From the NCBI GenBank assembly GCA_019749945.1, contig JAIEPF010000016.1, forward strand, positions 93,269-157,268: a DNA stretch of 64,000 nt. Reading direction: 5' to 3'. The stretch is from Burkholderiales bacterium. Lineage in GTDB: Bacteria > Pseudomonadota > Gammaproteobacteria > Burkholderiales > SG8-41. Shown in pieces: positions 1 through 9,268 of the stretch (position 1 is its first letter; each line of letters starts with the position of its first letter). The notes below the pieces were generated by a model. It did no database searches and had not been told where the DNA came from. It was given only the letters and a program-made list of their open reading frames with translations. A program made the translations under genes and the position numbers.

Positions 1-1274
1 GGCTTGTACATGTCGACAATGCTGCGCGTGAAGTCCAGCGCATTGGCGCCTTCGTTGACCAGCATCGCGTCGGGGTTGGCCTTGATCACGTCGCGCATCA
101 CGTTCAGCGCGCTGTGGAAATTCATCGGCGAAGGATTCTTGGCCAGGGTTTCGGCCATTTTCGCGATGTTTTTGGTCTTGCGTTCGTCGATGGCGCCCAG
201 CCAGTCGGCGGAGGGCTGCGGCCAGCCGGCGCCCGCGGCGCTGATGCCGCCCAGCATCGCAGACACGCAGGAACCGATGTCACCGACCACCGGCGCGTCG
301 ATACGCACGTTGCTGTCCGCCTCCTGCGGCGAAATGTCGATCTGGATGAATTTCTGGCCGCCCCAGTCCTTGTGCGACTTGCCGCCCCAGGTCTTGCCTT
401 TGCCGTGCGACAGCAGCCAGTTCAGCCGCGCGCCGATCAGCATCACCACATCGGCTTCCGGCAGCACGTAGGAACGCGCGGCGGCCGCCGACTGCTTGTG
501 CGTATCGGGCAGCAGGCCCTTGGCCATCGACATCGGCAGATAGGGGATGCCGGTTTTTTCGACCAGGGCACGGATGTCGGCGTCGGCCTGGGCGTAGGCC
601 GCGCCCTTGCCCAGCACGATCAGCGGACGTTTGGCGGTTTTCAGCAGATCGAGCGCGCGCTGCACCGCGTCCGGTGCCGGGATCTGGCGCGGCGCCGGAT
701 CGACGACCTTGATCAGCGAGGCGCGGCCGGCGGCGGCGTCCATGCTTTGCGCGAACAGTTTGGCCGGCAGGTCGAGGTAGACGCCGCCCGGACGGCCGGA
801 GACGGCGGCGCGGATGGCGCGCGCGACGCCGATGCCGATATCCTCGGCGTTCAATACGCGGAAAGCGGCCTTGCACAGCGGTTTGGCGATGGCGAGCTGG
901 TCCATCTCCTCGTAATCACCCTGCTGCAGATCGACGATCTCGCGCTCACTGGAGCCGCTGATCAGGATCATCGGGAAGCAGTTGGTGGTGGCATTCGACA
1001 GCGCAGTGAGGCCGTTGAGAAAACCGGGGGCCGACACCGTCAGGCAGATGCCGGGTTTTTGCGTGAGGAAGCCGGCGATGGCGGCGGCGTTGCCGGCGTT
1101 CTGCTCGTGGCGGAACGAAATCACGCGGATGCCGGCGGCCTGGGCCTTGCGGGTGAGGTCGGTGATCGGGATGCCGGGCAGGCCGAAAATGGTGTCGATG
1201 CCGTTGAGCTTGAGGGCGTCAATGACCAGGTTGAAGCCGTCGGTCTGTTCTGCTGATTGGGTGTCGTTTGTCAT
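1..1274 (-). CDS. oxc: Oxalyl-CoA decarboxylase (3' part runs off the window)
   Basis: Not in the ORF track; manual minus-strand translation from ATG 1274: [61 protein letters not shown]...[13 protein letters not shown]...[12 protein letters not shown]. This is the ThDP-dependent Oxc signature, and frc is nearby. Confidence 0.95.
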   Translation of the reverse strand, partial: MTNDTQSAEQTDGFNLVIDALKLNGIDTIFGLPGIPITDLTRKAQAAGIRVISFRHEQNAGNAAAIAGFLTQKPGICLTVSAPGFLNGLTALSNATTNCFPMILISGSSEREIVDLQQGDYEEMDQLAIAKPLCKAAFRVLNAEDIGIGVARAIRAAVSGRPGGVYLDLPAKLFAQSMDAAAGRASLIKVVDPAPRQIPAPDAVQRALDLLKTAKRPLIVLGKGAAYAQADADIRALVEKTGIPYLPMSMAKGLLPDTHKQSAAAARSYVLPEADVVMLIGARLNWLLSHGKGKTWGGKSHKDWGGQKFIQIDISPQEADSNVRIDAPVVGDIGSCVSAMLGGISAAGAGWPQPSADWLGAIDERKTKNIAKMAETLAKNPSPMNFHSALNVMRDVIKANPDAMLVNEGANALDFTRSIVDMYK

Positions 1275-1456
1275 GTTGAGCAGTCTCGTTTTCTTGCCGT
1301 CGATAAAACAGGCGTTTTTCCGGGGTGCATCTGCCGCGAAAGGAAAGCAGGGCCGGATCCGATGCCGAATCTCTGCGATTTACGGCACATCCAGGCCATC
1401 TAAACGTGGCTTTGATTTAACCGGCGAATGATAGGGGAAAGCGTCTGCCGGCGCTC

Positions 1457-1470
1457 TTGACCCCGGTCAA
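1457..1470. promoter_or_regulatory. FNR-type palindrome TTGAC-CCCG-GTCAA upstream of oxc
   Basis: Perfect 5-4-5 inverted repeat. Minus-strand TATCAT -10 at 1433-1428 puts it near -42.5. Near-identical copy upstream of frc. Confidence 0.75.
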
Positions 1471-1555
1471 TTTTTGCCCCCGGGAGGGCATGGCTTTTCA
1501 CGCGCCGGGTATTGCGATGCATCAAAAATGCCCGCGGTTGCTGCAACCGGGCGCG

Positions 1556-2164
1556 CTAAATCTTGCCGCGCCGCTTCAGGCGGCTCAGTGTTTCCGGCGA
1601 CAGGTTGAGGTATGAAGCGAGTTCCTTTTTCGGCAGACGTTCGGCGAGTTCGGTGTGTTTGCGCATGAAGCGTTGCACCCGTCCCGGCGCATTGAGCAGA
1701 TGCAGGGTGATGGTGTGCGCCATGACTTCGCTCATCAGCTTCATCACTTCAAGCTCGAACTCGGCCTTGATTTTGGCGTGGCGTTCGAGGAAGGCGGCCC
1801 ACTGCAGCATCGACAGCTTGGCGGCGCGGACACGGGTGACCGCGCGGATCGAATACGGCATGGGGGTCTTCAGCCGCCAGGCGGCGTAGCTGGTGTCGAT
1901 GTCGCTTTCCGCGGCAAAACGCAGGATCATTTCCTTGCCGTGGGCATTGGAGACGGTCCGTTTCAGAATGCCGTCGATGATGAAATACTGCTTCATGGCG
2001 TGCGTACCCTGGAGCTCCAGCGTTTCGCCCTTGGCATAGTCGGTAATTTCCAGCAGGGGCTCGAATTCGTTCCATTGCGCCACGCCCAGGCTTTTCAGGA
2101 CCATGTTTTGCCGCAATTGCAGGCGGATGACTTTGGACTGGGGATGCAGTGCAAGCTGGGTCAT
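1556..2164 (-). CDS. Crp/Fnr-family transcriptional regulator
   Basis: N-terminal cNMP-binding-like beta-roll and C-terminal HTH (KKELASYLNLSPETLSRLK) with the FNR-like ETxSR recognition helix. Lies between oxc and frc. Confidence 0.9.
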   Translation of the reverse strand: MTQLALHPQSKVIRLQLRQNMVLKSLGVAQWNEFEPLLEITDYAKGETLELQGTHAMKQYFIIDGILKRTVSNAHGKEMILRFAAESDIDTSYAAWRLKTPMPYSIRAVTRVRAAKLSMLQWAAFLERHAKIKAEFELEVMKLMSEVMAHTITLHLLNAPGRVQRFMRKHTELAERLPKKELASYLNLSPETLSRLKRRGKI

Positions 2165-2263
2165 GGGCGGCGGATAAAAACACGAATTAAAAACGTGGCG
2201 ACAAGCAGGTGATTGAATTTTATAACTATTTGTTTAATTCAAGTTAATTATCGGGGTGGAATC

Positions 2264-2305
2264 TTGACTCCGGTCAAGGCCCGGGTGATGGCCATTACCT
2301 ATAGT
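2264..2305 (+). promoter_or_regulatory. Class II Crp/Fnr-activated promoter of frc
   Basis: TTGACTCCGGTCAA at 2264-2277 and TATAGT at 2300-2305; this spacing places the box centre at -41.5. Confidence 0.75.
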
Positions 2306-2380
2306 GGCGCCCTCGCGCTATTACAATCAGAAATGTTGCGGACTGTTTTGCATCCGCCGCAGATTTTTTTGGAGATCAGA

Positions 2381-3649
2381 ATGGAAGCTTTGAAGGGTGT
2401 GCGAATTCTCGACATGACCCATGTCCAGGCCGGGCCGACGTGCTCGCAGCTGCTGGCGTGGATGGGCGCCGACGTGATCAAGTTCGAACCGCCGCAGGGT
2501 GACGCGACGCGCGGCCAGCTGCGCGACGTGCCGAACGCGGACAGCCTTTATTTCACCATGTTGAACTGCAACAAGCGCTCGATCACGGTCAACATGAAAT
2601 CGGCCGAAGGCAAGACGGTATTCATCGATCTGCTCAAGAAGTGCGACATCATCATGGAGAACTTCGGCCCCGGCGTGCTCGACCGTTTCGGTTTCACCTG
2701 GGAAAAAATCCACGGGATCAATCCGAAAATCGTGATGGGCTCGATCAAGGGTTTCGGCTCCAGCGGACCGTACGCCGAGTTCAAGGCTTACGAGAACGTG
2801 GCGCAGGCGATGGGCGGCGCGATGAGCACCACCGGCATGCCGGACAGCCCGCCGTTTGTCACCGGCGCCCAGATCGGCGACTCCGGTACGGGACTGCATC
2901 TGGCGATCGGCCTGCTCGCGGCCCTGCATCAGGCCAACCGCACCGGGCAGGGGCAGTATGTCGAGGTCGCGATGATGGACGGCGTGATGAATCTGTGCCG
3001 CGTCAAATGGCGCGACCACCAGCGGCTGACCCGGCAGTCACTGGCGGAGTATTCGGTGCCGACCTACCAGGGCATGGGCGAGGTGCCGCGCGCCGGCAAT
3101 GATTCCGGCGGCGGCCAGCTCGGCAACGCGATTCACTGCAAGCCGCACGGCGCCAACGACTGGCTGTATATCGTGGTGCAGGAGGCGGTGTGGGATGCGC
3201 TGGCCAAACGCATCGGACCGGATCTCGGCATGCCGGATCTGGCCACGGATCCCAAGTTTGCGACCATCGCAGAGCGCCGCAAGAACCAGCCGCTGATGTG
3301 GACCCTGATCACCAAATTCGCCGAGAAATACACCAAGCGCGAATTCATGGCCATCCTCAATCCGCTGGATGTGCCCTGCGGCCCGATCATGTCGACCGAG
3401 GATCTGGCCAACGACGAACATATCCGCGGCCGCGACATGTATGTCGAACTCGACCACCCCCAGCGCGGCAAGTGGTGGAACGTCGGCATGCCGATCAAGC
3501 TGTCGGCCTCACCCGCGGTGATCAAACGCTCGCCGCTGCTTGGCGAACATACCGATGAAGTGCTGAAGGACGTGCTGGGTTACGGCGACGAGCAGATCGG
3601 CAAGCTGAAGACTGCAGGCGCGTTCAGCGCGCCGCCGAAGAAAAAATAA
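2381..3649 (+). CDS. frc: Formyl-CoA:oxalate CoA-transferase (CoA-transferase family III)
   Basis: MEALKGVRILDMTHVQAGPTCSQLLAWMGADVIK start, IGDSGTG catalytic Asp, RAGNDSGGGQ glycine loop. GGAGA SD before ATG 2381. Confidence 0.93.
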   Translation: MEALKGVRILDMTHVQAGPTCSQLLAWMGADVIKFEPPQGDATRGQLRDVPNADSLYFTMLNCNKRSITVNMKSAEGKTVFIDLLKKCDIIMENFGPGVLDRFGFTWEKIHGINPKIVMGSIKGFGSSGPYAEFKAYENVAQAMGGAMSTTGMPDSPPFVTGAQIGDSGTGLHLAIGLLAALHQANRTGQGQYVEVAMMDGVMNLCRVKWRDHQRLTRQSLAEYSVPTYQGMGEVPRAGNDSGGGQLGNAIHCKPHGANDWLYIVVQEAVWDALAKRIGPDLGMPDLATDPKFATIAERRKNQPLMWTLITKFAEKYTKREFMAILNPLDVPCGPIMSTEDLANDEHIRGRDMYVELDHPQRGKWWNVGMPIKLSASPAVIKRSPLLGEHTDEVLKDVLGYGDEQIGKLKTAGAFSAPPKKK

Positions 3650-3686
3650 CTTTCCGGCAATGGCATGGATTTATAGAGGATTCAGC

Positions 3687-4619
3687 ATGAAAATAGCAAT
3701 CATCGGACAGCAGGATTTTGGCAAGGAAGTGCTGGAAGCCTTTCTTGCGCGCAAGGATGAAGTCGCCGGCGTATTCTGTGCGCCGGAAAAACCGGGCGCC
3801 AAGGCCGATCCGCTGCGCACCGCCGCCGAAGCGCACGGCCTGAAGGTGTTCCAGTTCCCGTCGCTGCGGGTGCCGGAAGCGCATGACGCGCTGAAGTCGC
3901 TGAATACCGACCTCGGCGTGATGGCTTATGTGCTGCAGTTTGCGCCGGATACCTTCGTGCATCTGCCGCGCCTCGGCACGATCCAGTATCACCCCTCGCT
4001 GCTGCCGAAGTACCGCGGACCATCCTCGATCAACTGGCCGATCATCCGCGGCGACAGCAAAACCGGGCTGACCATTTTCCGTCCGAACGAAGGACTCGAC
4101 GAGGGCCCGGTGATCCTGCAGAAAACCTGCGACATCGGCCCCGACGAAACCATCGGCGAGGTGTATTTCAACAAGCTGTTCCCGATGGGCGTCAAGGCCA
4201 TGCTCGAGGCCGCCGACCTGGTGTACGCCGGCAAACACACGGAGACGGTACAGGACGAATCAAAAGCGAGTTACGAAGGCTGGTGTCGCGCCGGGGAAGC
4301 CCAGATCCATTGGGCCCAGCATGTCGATTTTGTCTACAACGTGATCCGCGGCACCAATCCGGCGCCGGGCGCCTGGACCACGCTGAACGGCAAAAAAGTG
4401 CAGATTTTTGATGCGCGCAAACATCTGTTCCGCCGTTTCGCCGATGTCGCCGGCAAAATCGGTGAGGTTTCCGAAGTCAGTGCAGGCAGTTTCAAGGTGA
4501 CGGCGCAGGGCGGTGTGATCGAAGTGCTGCGCGCGCGCGGCGAAGACGGCAAAAAACTGTCGGGCGGCGACTTCGCTCGCGCCCACGGTTTGGCAAAGGG
4601 CGCATTGCTCGGCACCTGA
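3687..4619 (+). CDS. Formyltransferase (Fmt/ALDH1L1 N-terminal-domain-like)
   Basis: YHPSLLPKYRGPSSINW folate-binding motif, GLDEG catalytic Asp, C-terminal IRGTNPAPGAW. AGAGGA SD; directly downstream of frc. Confidence 0.88.
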   Translation: MKIAIIGQQDFGKEVLEAFLARKDEVAGVFCAPEKPGAKADPLRTAAEAHGLKVFQFPSLRVPEAHDALKSLNTDLGVMAYVLQFAPDTFVHLPRLGTIQYHPSLLPKYRGPSSINWPIIRGDSKTGLTIFRPNEGLDEGPVILQKTCDIGPDETIGEVYFNKLFPMGVKAMLEAADLVYAGKHTETVQDESKASYEGWCRAGEAQIHWAQHVDFVYNVIRGTNPAPGAWTTLNGKKVQIFDARKHLFRRFADVAGKIGEVSEVSAGSFKVTAQGGVIEVLRARGEDGKKLSGGDFARAHGLAKGALLGT

Positions 4620-4642
4620 GCCACATCGCCGCGTTCAGGGGC

Positions 4643-4670
4643 AAGGCCACGCTGCGGCGTGGCCTTTTTT
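4643..4670 (+). terminator. Intrinsic terminator after frc-formyltransferase
   Basis: AAGGCCACGC-TGCG-GCGTGGCCTT followed by a T run. Confidence 0.85.
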
Positions 4671-4927
4671 ATTGAAAAACTTAAGTCATTGTTTTTATTG
4701 ATATTTTTATATAACAACGGTCTTAGGGATGAAATCCTGTCCTGCCGTTCTGCGTTTATCGGTGTGCCGTGACCGGCGGTCGGAAGAATGACGATGGCGT
4801 GTGACGTTTGGCACTAAGTCCTTAAAAAAACATAATCCTTAGAGGGGAATATCGTAAAATCTGTGAAACTCCGTCGTTAAGCCATTCAGCGGAAACATAA
4901 AAACAACGCGGAACGGGCGTAAAAGGG

Positions 4928-7495
4928 ATGAAAAAGCTGAGTTTCTGGAAGGCTGACTGGTTTATCGGACTCATTGTCGCCGTGATCATGCTGATCGCTG
5001 CGCGCGGTGACCTGATCCAGAGCCTGGAGCGCAAGGCCTACGACCTTGGTGTCCAGGCCGTCTCCCGCACGCCGTCCGACCGCATTGCCGTGATTGCCAT
5101 CGACGATGCCAGCATCGCCAATATCGGCCGCTGGCCCTGGTCGCGCGACGTCCACGCCCGCATGATTGACCTGCTTGCCGGCGCCAAAGCCAAGGTCATT
5201 GCCAATACCACGTTTTTTTTCGAACCCCAGCGCGATGCGGGGCTGGCGTATGTCGAAAAGCTGCTGAACCTGCACAATGAGCTGACCGCGCAGGGCGCAA
5301 CGGATCCCAAGGCGGCCGCGGTCGCCGACGGTCTGGCGCGGATCGGCGCGGTATTGACCGAAGCGGAGCAGGCGCTCAACACCGATCGCAAACTGGCCAG
5401 CAGCATGAAAACCGCCGGCAATGTGGTGCTGCCGCTGGTGTTCCAGCAGCTGACCGAACCCCAGGGCAATCCGGACAAGCCGCTGCCGGATTACGTGCAG
5501 GCGAGCGGCATGCCCGGCCCGCGCGGCGGGGACGCCTTACCGCCCCCGGGCGTGTTTCCCTTGTACCCGGTCGCCGAGCTGGGACCGGCAATTGCCGGCA
5601 TCGGGCACCTGAACGCCGATATCGACGTCGATGGCGCGGTGCGCGCCGAACCGCTGGTGGTGCGTCATTACGATCGCGTTTTTCCAGCGCTGTCGGTGGT
5701 GGTGGCGGCGCGCAGCCTGAACCTGGGTACGGCCGATATCAAACCGGCCTGGGGCGAGGCGCTGCAGATCGGCAAACTGCGGGTGCGCACGGATGCCGAG
5801 CTGCGCATGCATACCTTTTTTTATGCCGACCGCGACGGCCGCCCGGCATTCCCGGTGGACTCGTTTTTTGACGTGTTGAGCGGCAAGGTGCCGGCGGCCA
5901 AATACCAGGACAAGATCGTGCTGATCGGCGCCACTGCCGCCGGCCTCGGTTCGGCGCAGGTCACGCCGGTGTCACCGGCGACGGCACCGGTGCTGACCCT
6001 GGCGCATACGGTATCGAGCATACTCGGCGAACATTTTTTCGTGACGCCGTCCTGGGGCATCTGGGTGCAGATCGGCGTCTTTTTGCTTGTGGCCTTGTAC
6101 CTGATCCTGGTATTGCCGCGGCTGAAGGCCGGCATTGCGGCGCTGCTCAGCCTGGCGATCGGCGTGGCGCTGCTCGGTGCGCATTTCGGGCTGATGGTGA
6201 CGCAGCTGACCTGGATCCAGCTGATGGCATCGGTGGCCTTGCTGGCCGTGGGTTACGCCGCGCTGACCACCAAACGCTTCCTGGTCACCGAACGCGGCAA
6301 GGAAAAATCCGATGCCGAGTCCGCGGAATCCAACCGCATGCTGGGCATCGCCTACCAGGCCCAGGGCCAGCTTGATCTGGCCTGGGACAAGTTCCGCCAA
6401 TGCCCGCTCGCCGATCCGGTGATGGAAAACCTTTATGCGCTGGCGCTGGATTTCGAGCGCAAGCGGCAGTTCAACAAGGCGGAGTCGGTATTCCAGTACA
6501 TGGCGGAATTCAATCCGAAATTCCGCGATCTGGAGCAGCGGCTGACGCGGGCCAAGGCGCTGTCGGAAACGGTGATCCTCGGCGGCGCGCAAGGACATCC
6601 CGGCGGCACCATGATGCTGGCCGGTGGCGGCATGGAAAAACCGATGCTGGGCCGTTATCAGGTCGAGAAGGAACTCGGCAAGGGTGCGATGGGCGTGGTC
6701 TACCTCGGCAAGGATCCGAAGATCGGCCGCGTGGTGGCGATCAAGACCATGGCCCTGTCGCAGGAGTTCGAAGGCGATGAACTGGTCGAGGTCAAGGAGC
6801 GTTTTTTCCGCGAAGCGGAAACCGCGGGGCGCCTGACGCATCCCTGCATCGTCACCATTTACGATGCCGGCGAAGAACACGATCTGGCGTATATCGCGAT
6901 GGAATTTCTCAAGGGCCGCGATCTGGTGCCCTATACCAAGCCCGATGCGCTGCTGCCGGTGCCGCTGGTGCTGTCGATCATTGCCCGCGTCGCCGAGGCG
7001 CTGGGTTACGCCCACCAGCAGAACGTCGTGCATCGCGACATCAAGCCGGCGAACATCATGTATGAGCCGGAAAGCGATACCGCGAAAGTGACCGACTTCG
7101 GCATTGCCCGGGTCACCGACTCCTCCAAAACCAAGACCGGCATGGTGCTCGGCACGCCGTCCTACATGTCGCCCGAGCAGCTGGCCGGGAAAAAGGTGGA
7201 GGGACGCTCCGACCTGTTTTCGCTGGGTGTCACGCTCTACCAGATGTTGAGCGGCAAGCTGCCCTTCCAGGGCGAGTCCATGGCGCAACTGATGTTCAAG
7301 ATTGCCAACGAAGCACACCCCGACATCCGCACCCTGAAACCGGATCTGCCCGCCTGTGTGGCCGCAGTGACCAACAAGGCACTGGCGAAAGATCCCGACC
7401 AGCGCTACCAGAGCGGTGAACAGATGGCGAAAGCCATCCGGCTGTGCCTGGGCACGCTGGCAGCAAAACCCAAAGCCGACACCGCTGTATCCTGA
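4928..7495 (+). CDS. Membrane CHASE2-domain Hanks-type Ser/Thr protein kinase
   Basis: N-terminal TM, CHASE2 (IDDASIANIGRWPWSR; DVDGAVR; KIVLIGATAAG), 3 TMs, TPR-like segment, then kinase (LGKGAMGVVY, VAIK, HRDIKPAN, DFGIA, GTPSYMSPEQ). Confidence 0.95.
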   Translation: MKKLSFWKADWFIGLIVAVIMLIAARGDLIQSLERKAYDLGVQAVSRTPSDRIAVIAIDDASIANIGRWPWSRDVHARMIDLLAGAKAKVIANTTFFFEPQRDAGLAYVEKLLNLHNELTAQGATDPKAAAVADGLARIGAVLTEAEQALNTDRKLASSMKTAGNVVLPLVFQQLTEPQGNPDKPLPDYVQASGMPGPRGGDALPPPGVFPLYPVAELGPAIAGIGHLNADIDVDGAVRAEPLVVRHYDRVFPALSVVVAARSLNLGTADIKPAWGEALQIGKLRVRTDAELRMHTFFYADRDGRPAFPVDSFFDVLSGKVPAAKYQDKIVLIGATAAGLGSAQVTPVSPATAPVLTLAHTVSSILGEHFFVTPSWGIWVQIGVFLLVALYLILVLPRLKAGIAALLSLAIGVALLGAHFGLMVTQLTWIQLMASVALLAVGYAALTTKRFLVTERGKEKSDAESAESNRMLGIAYQAQGQLDLAWDKFRQCPLADPVMENLYALALDFERKRQFNKAESVFQYMAEFNPKFRDLEQRLTRAKALSETVILGGAQGHPGGTMMLAGGGMEKPMLGRYQVEKELGKGAMGVVYLGKDPKIGRVVAIKTMALSQEFEGDELVEVKERFFREAETAGRLTHPCIVTIYDAGEEHDLAYIAMEFLKGRDLVPYTKPDALLPVPLVLSIIARVAEALGYAHQQNVVHRDIKPANIMYEPESDTAKVTDFGIARVTDSSKTKTGMVLGTPSYMSPEQLAGKKVEGRSDLFSLGVTLYQMLSGKLPFQGESMAQLMFKIANEAHPDIRTLKPDLPACVAAVTNKALAKDPDQRYQSGEQMAKAIRLCLGTLAAKPKADTAVS

Positions 7496-7503
7496 GGCCC
7501 TGA

Positions 7504-8316
7504 ATGAACGATTTGTCCAACGCCATAGAAATCACGACCGCCACCCACCCGGGCATGGTGCGGTCGCATAACGAGGACAGCCTTTCTGCGGATGCTGCGG
7601 CCGGGCTTGCCGTGCTGGCCGACGGCATGGGCGGCTACAATGCCGGCGAGGTGGCCAGCGGCATAGCGGTGGCGATGATCAGCGCCGAACTGAAAAAGGC
7701 GCTGGCCGCAATCAACGGCGAACTCGATACGGCGACCGCGGAACGCCTGGTTGGCGAACATGCGGTGCGCGCCAACAATGCGATTTTCCAGGCCGCGCAG
7801 AACCAGTCGCAGTACGCCGGCATGGGCACCACGCTGGTCGTCGCGCTGTGGCACGACAACTCGCTGGTGGTCGGACATATCGGCGACTCGCGGCTCTACC
7901 GGTTCCGTAACAACAAACTTGAGCAGGTCACGCGCGACCATTCGCTGTTGCAGGAACAGATCGACAGCGGCCTGATCACCAAGGCGCAGGCCCGCCATTC
8001 GCAGAACAAGAATCTGGTGACGCGGGCGGTGGGCATCGACCCGGAAGTCGAGGCCGAAGTCCACAGCTACCCGGTGCAGGCCGGCGATATCTACCTGCTG
8101 TGTTCGGACGGCCTCAACGACATGGTGACGGATGAGGACATGGAGTTGACGCTGGCGTCGCTGCAGGCCAATCTGCCCCTGGCCGCCGCGCAACTGGTGC
8201 AGCAGGCGAACGACAATGGCGGGCGTGACAATGTTTCGGTTATTCTGGTGCGCGTGCTGAAGAGTTTCCCGGCCCGCGCTGGTTTGGTTGACCGGTTGAA
8301 GTCCTGGTTCAGATAA
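7504..8316 (+). CDS. PP2C-family Ser/Thr phosphatase (Stp1/PppA-like)
   Basis: RSHNED, ADGMGG, GMGTT, HIGDSR, TRDHS, LLCSDGL and GGRDN motifs. Confidence 0.95.
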   Translation: MNDLSNAIEITTATHPGMVRSHNEDSLSADAAAGLAVLADGMGGYNAGEVASGIAVAMISAELKKALAAINGELDTATAERLVGEHAVRANNAIFQAAQNQSQYAGMGTTLVVALWHDNSLVVGHIGDSRLYRFRNNKLEQVTRDHSLLQEQIDSGLITKAQARHSQNKNLVTRAVGIDPEVEAEVHSYPVQAGDIYLLCSDGLNDMVTDEDMELTLASLQANLPLAAAQLVQQANDNGGRDNVSVILVRVLKSFPARAGLVDRLKSWFR

Positions 8317-8333
8317 GCAACGGGGATACTACT

Positions 8334-9143
8334 ATGGCGAAGTTGATACTTTCTCTTGAAGGCTCGATGATCCGCGAGGTCCCGCTCGACAAGGAGCGGA
8401 TCATGATCGGGCGCAAGCCTTCCAACGAGATCCAGATCGAGAACCTGGCGGTCAGCGGAGAACACGCATGCATCGTGACCATCCTCAATGATTCGTTTCT
8501 CGAGGACCTGGGCTCGACCAACGGTACCCTGGTCAACGGCAATCCGATCAAAAAACACATCCTGCAGAACAACGATGTGATCGAGATCGGCAAATACAAG
8601 CTGAAATATGTCGCCGAAGCACCGGCGGCGGGCCACGCCGGCGAGGATTTCGAGAAAACCATGATCCTGCGTGCCCCGCCCAAAGCGGCTGCGGCGCCCA
8701 AACCCGCCAATGAGCCCGCGCCGGCGCCGAAGCCCTCGACCCCGCCGCCCACGCCGCGGCCGGTGCCGCCTGCGGCCAAGCCGGCGGCCCCCGCTGCGTC
8801 TCCCGCGGCCGCTGCACCGTCTCCGGCCGCTGTCGCCGCAGCGCCTGCCGTTGCGCCGGCCAAACCCGCCGAAACACAGCCCCTGGCGGCGGTGCAGATC
8901 CTGACCGGGCCCAGCGCGGGCAAGGAGCTCGACCTCGTCAAAAACCTGACGACGCTGGGCAAGCCGGGACTCCAGGTCGCGGTGATCACGCGCCGTCCGC
9001 AGGGTTATTTCATCACCCACGTCGAAGGCGCCAAGTTTCCAGTGATCAACGGCAAGATGATCGACGCCCAGGCGCAGCCCCTGCAGGATCACGACGTGAT
9101 CGAGCTGGCGGGCGTGAAAATGGAATTTTTCATCAAGAAATAA
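8334..9143 (+). CDS. FHA-domain protein (canonical FHA, Pro/Ala linker, second FHA-like domain)
   Basis: IGRKPSN...VSGEHA...DLGSTNGT FHA motif; long PA-rich linker; C-terminal LTTLGK...INGK...LQDHDVIELAG. Confidence 0.93.
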   Translation: MAKLILSLEGSMIREVPLDKERIMIGRKPSNEIQIENLAVSGEHACIVTILNDSFLEDLGSTNGTLVNGNPIKKHILQNNDVIEIGKYKLKYVAEAPAAGHAGEDFEKTMILRAPPKAAAAPKPANEPAPAPKPSTPPPTPRPVPPAAKPAAPAASPAAAAPSPAAVAAAPAVAPAKPAETQPLAAVQILTGPSAGKELDLVKNLTTLGKPGLQVAVITRRPQGYFITHVEGAKFPVINGKMIDAQAQPLQDHDVIELAGVKMEFFIKK

Positions 9144-9268
9144 AAAGAGAACACGCGGTGCATTTTGCAGGATGCCCGCGCTGTGATGGCCGACAGGGGT
9201 CGAGCGGATTGAAGAAACACGCGGAAGACGTGATGACCCTGTTACAGCAGAGACTTTAGGACGACAGG

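Noticed and set aside
114-1256. 380-aa plus-strand ORF, and similar long shadow ORFs (5972-7318, 9242-10930, 23167-24996, 39698-41713, 61882-63222)
   Set aside because: They lie antisense to clearly recognisable genes and have no motifs. This is the expected result of stop-codon scarcity in GC-rich DNA.
3687-4619. Calling this gene fmt
   Set aside because: There is no def neighbour, the NxH Asn is absent and the context is oxalate catabolism, so the symbol was withheld.
4800-4825. TGTGA-N6-GCACT CRP-like site and TTGGCAC sigma54-like half site upstream of the CHASE2 kinase
   Set aside because: The CRP right half has two mismatches and there is no TTGC at -12. Too weak to call, though worth including in a CRP EMSA.
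4928-9143. Type VI secretion locus, suggested by the kinase-PP2C-FHA triad
   Set aside because: No tss, hcp, vgrG or clpV gene is in the window.
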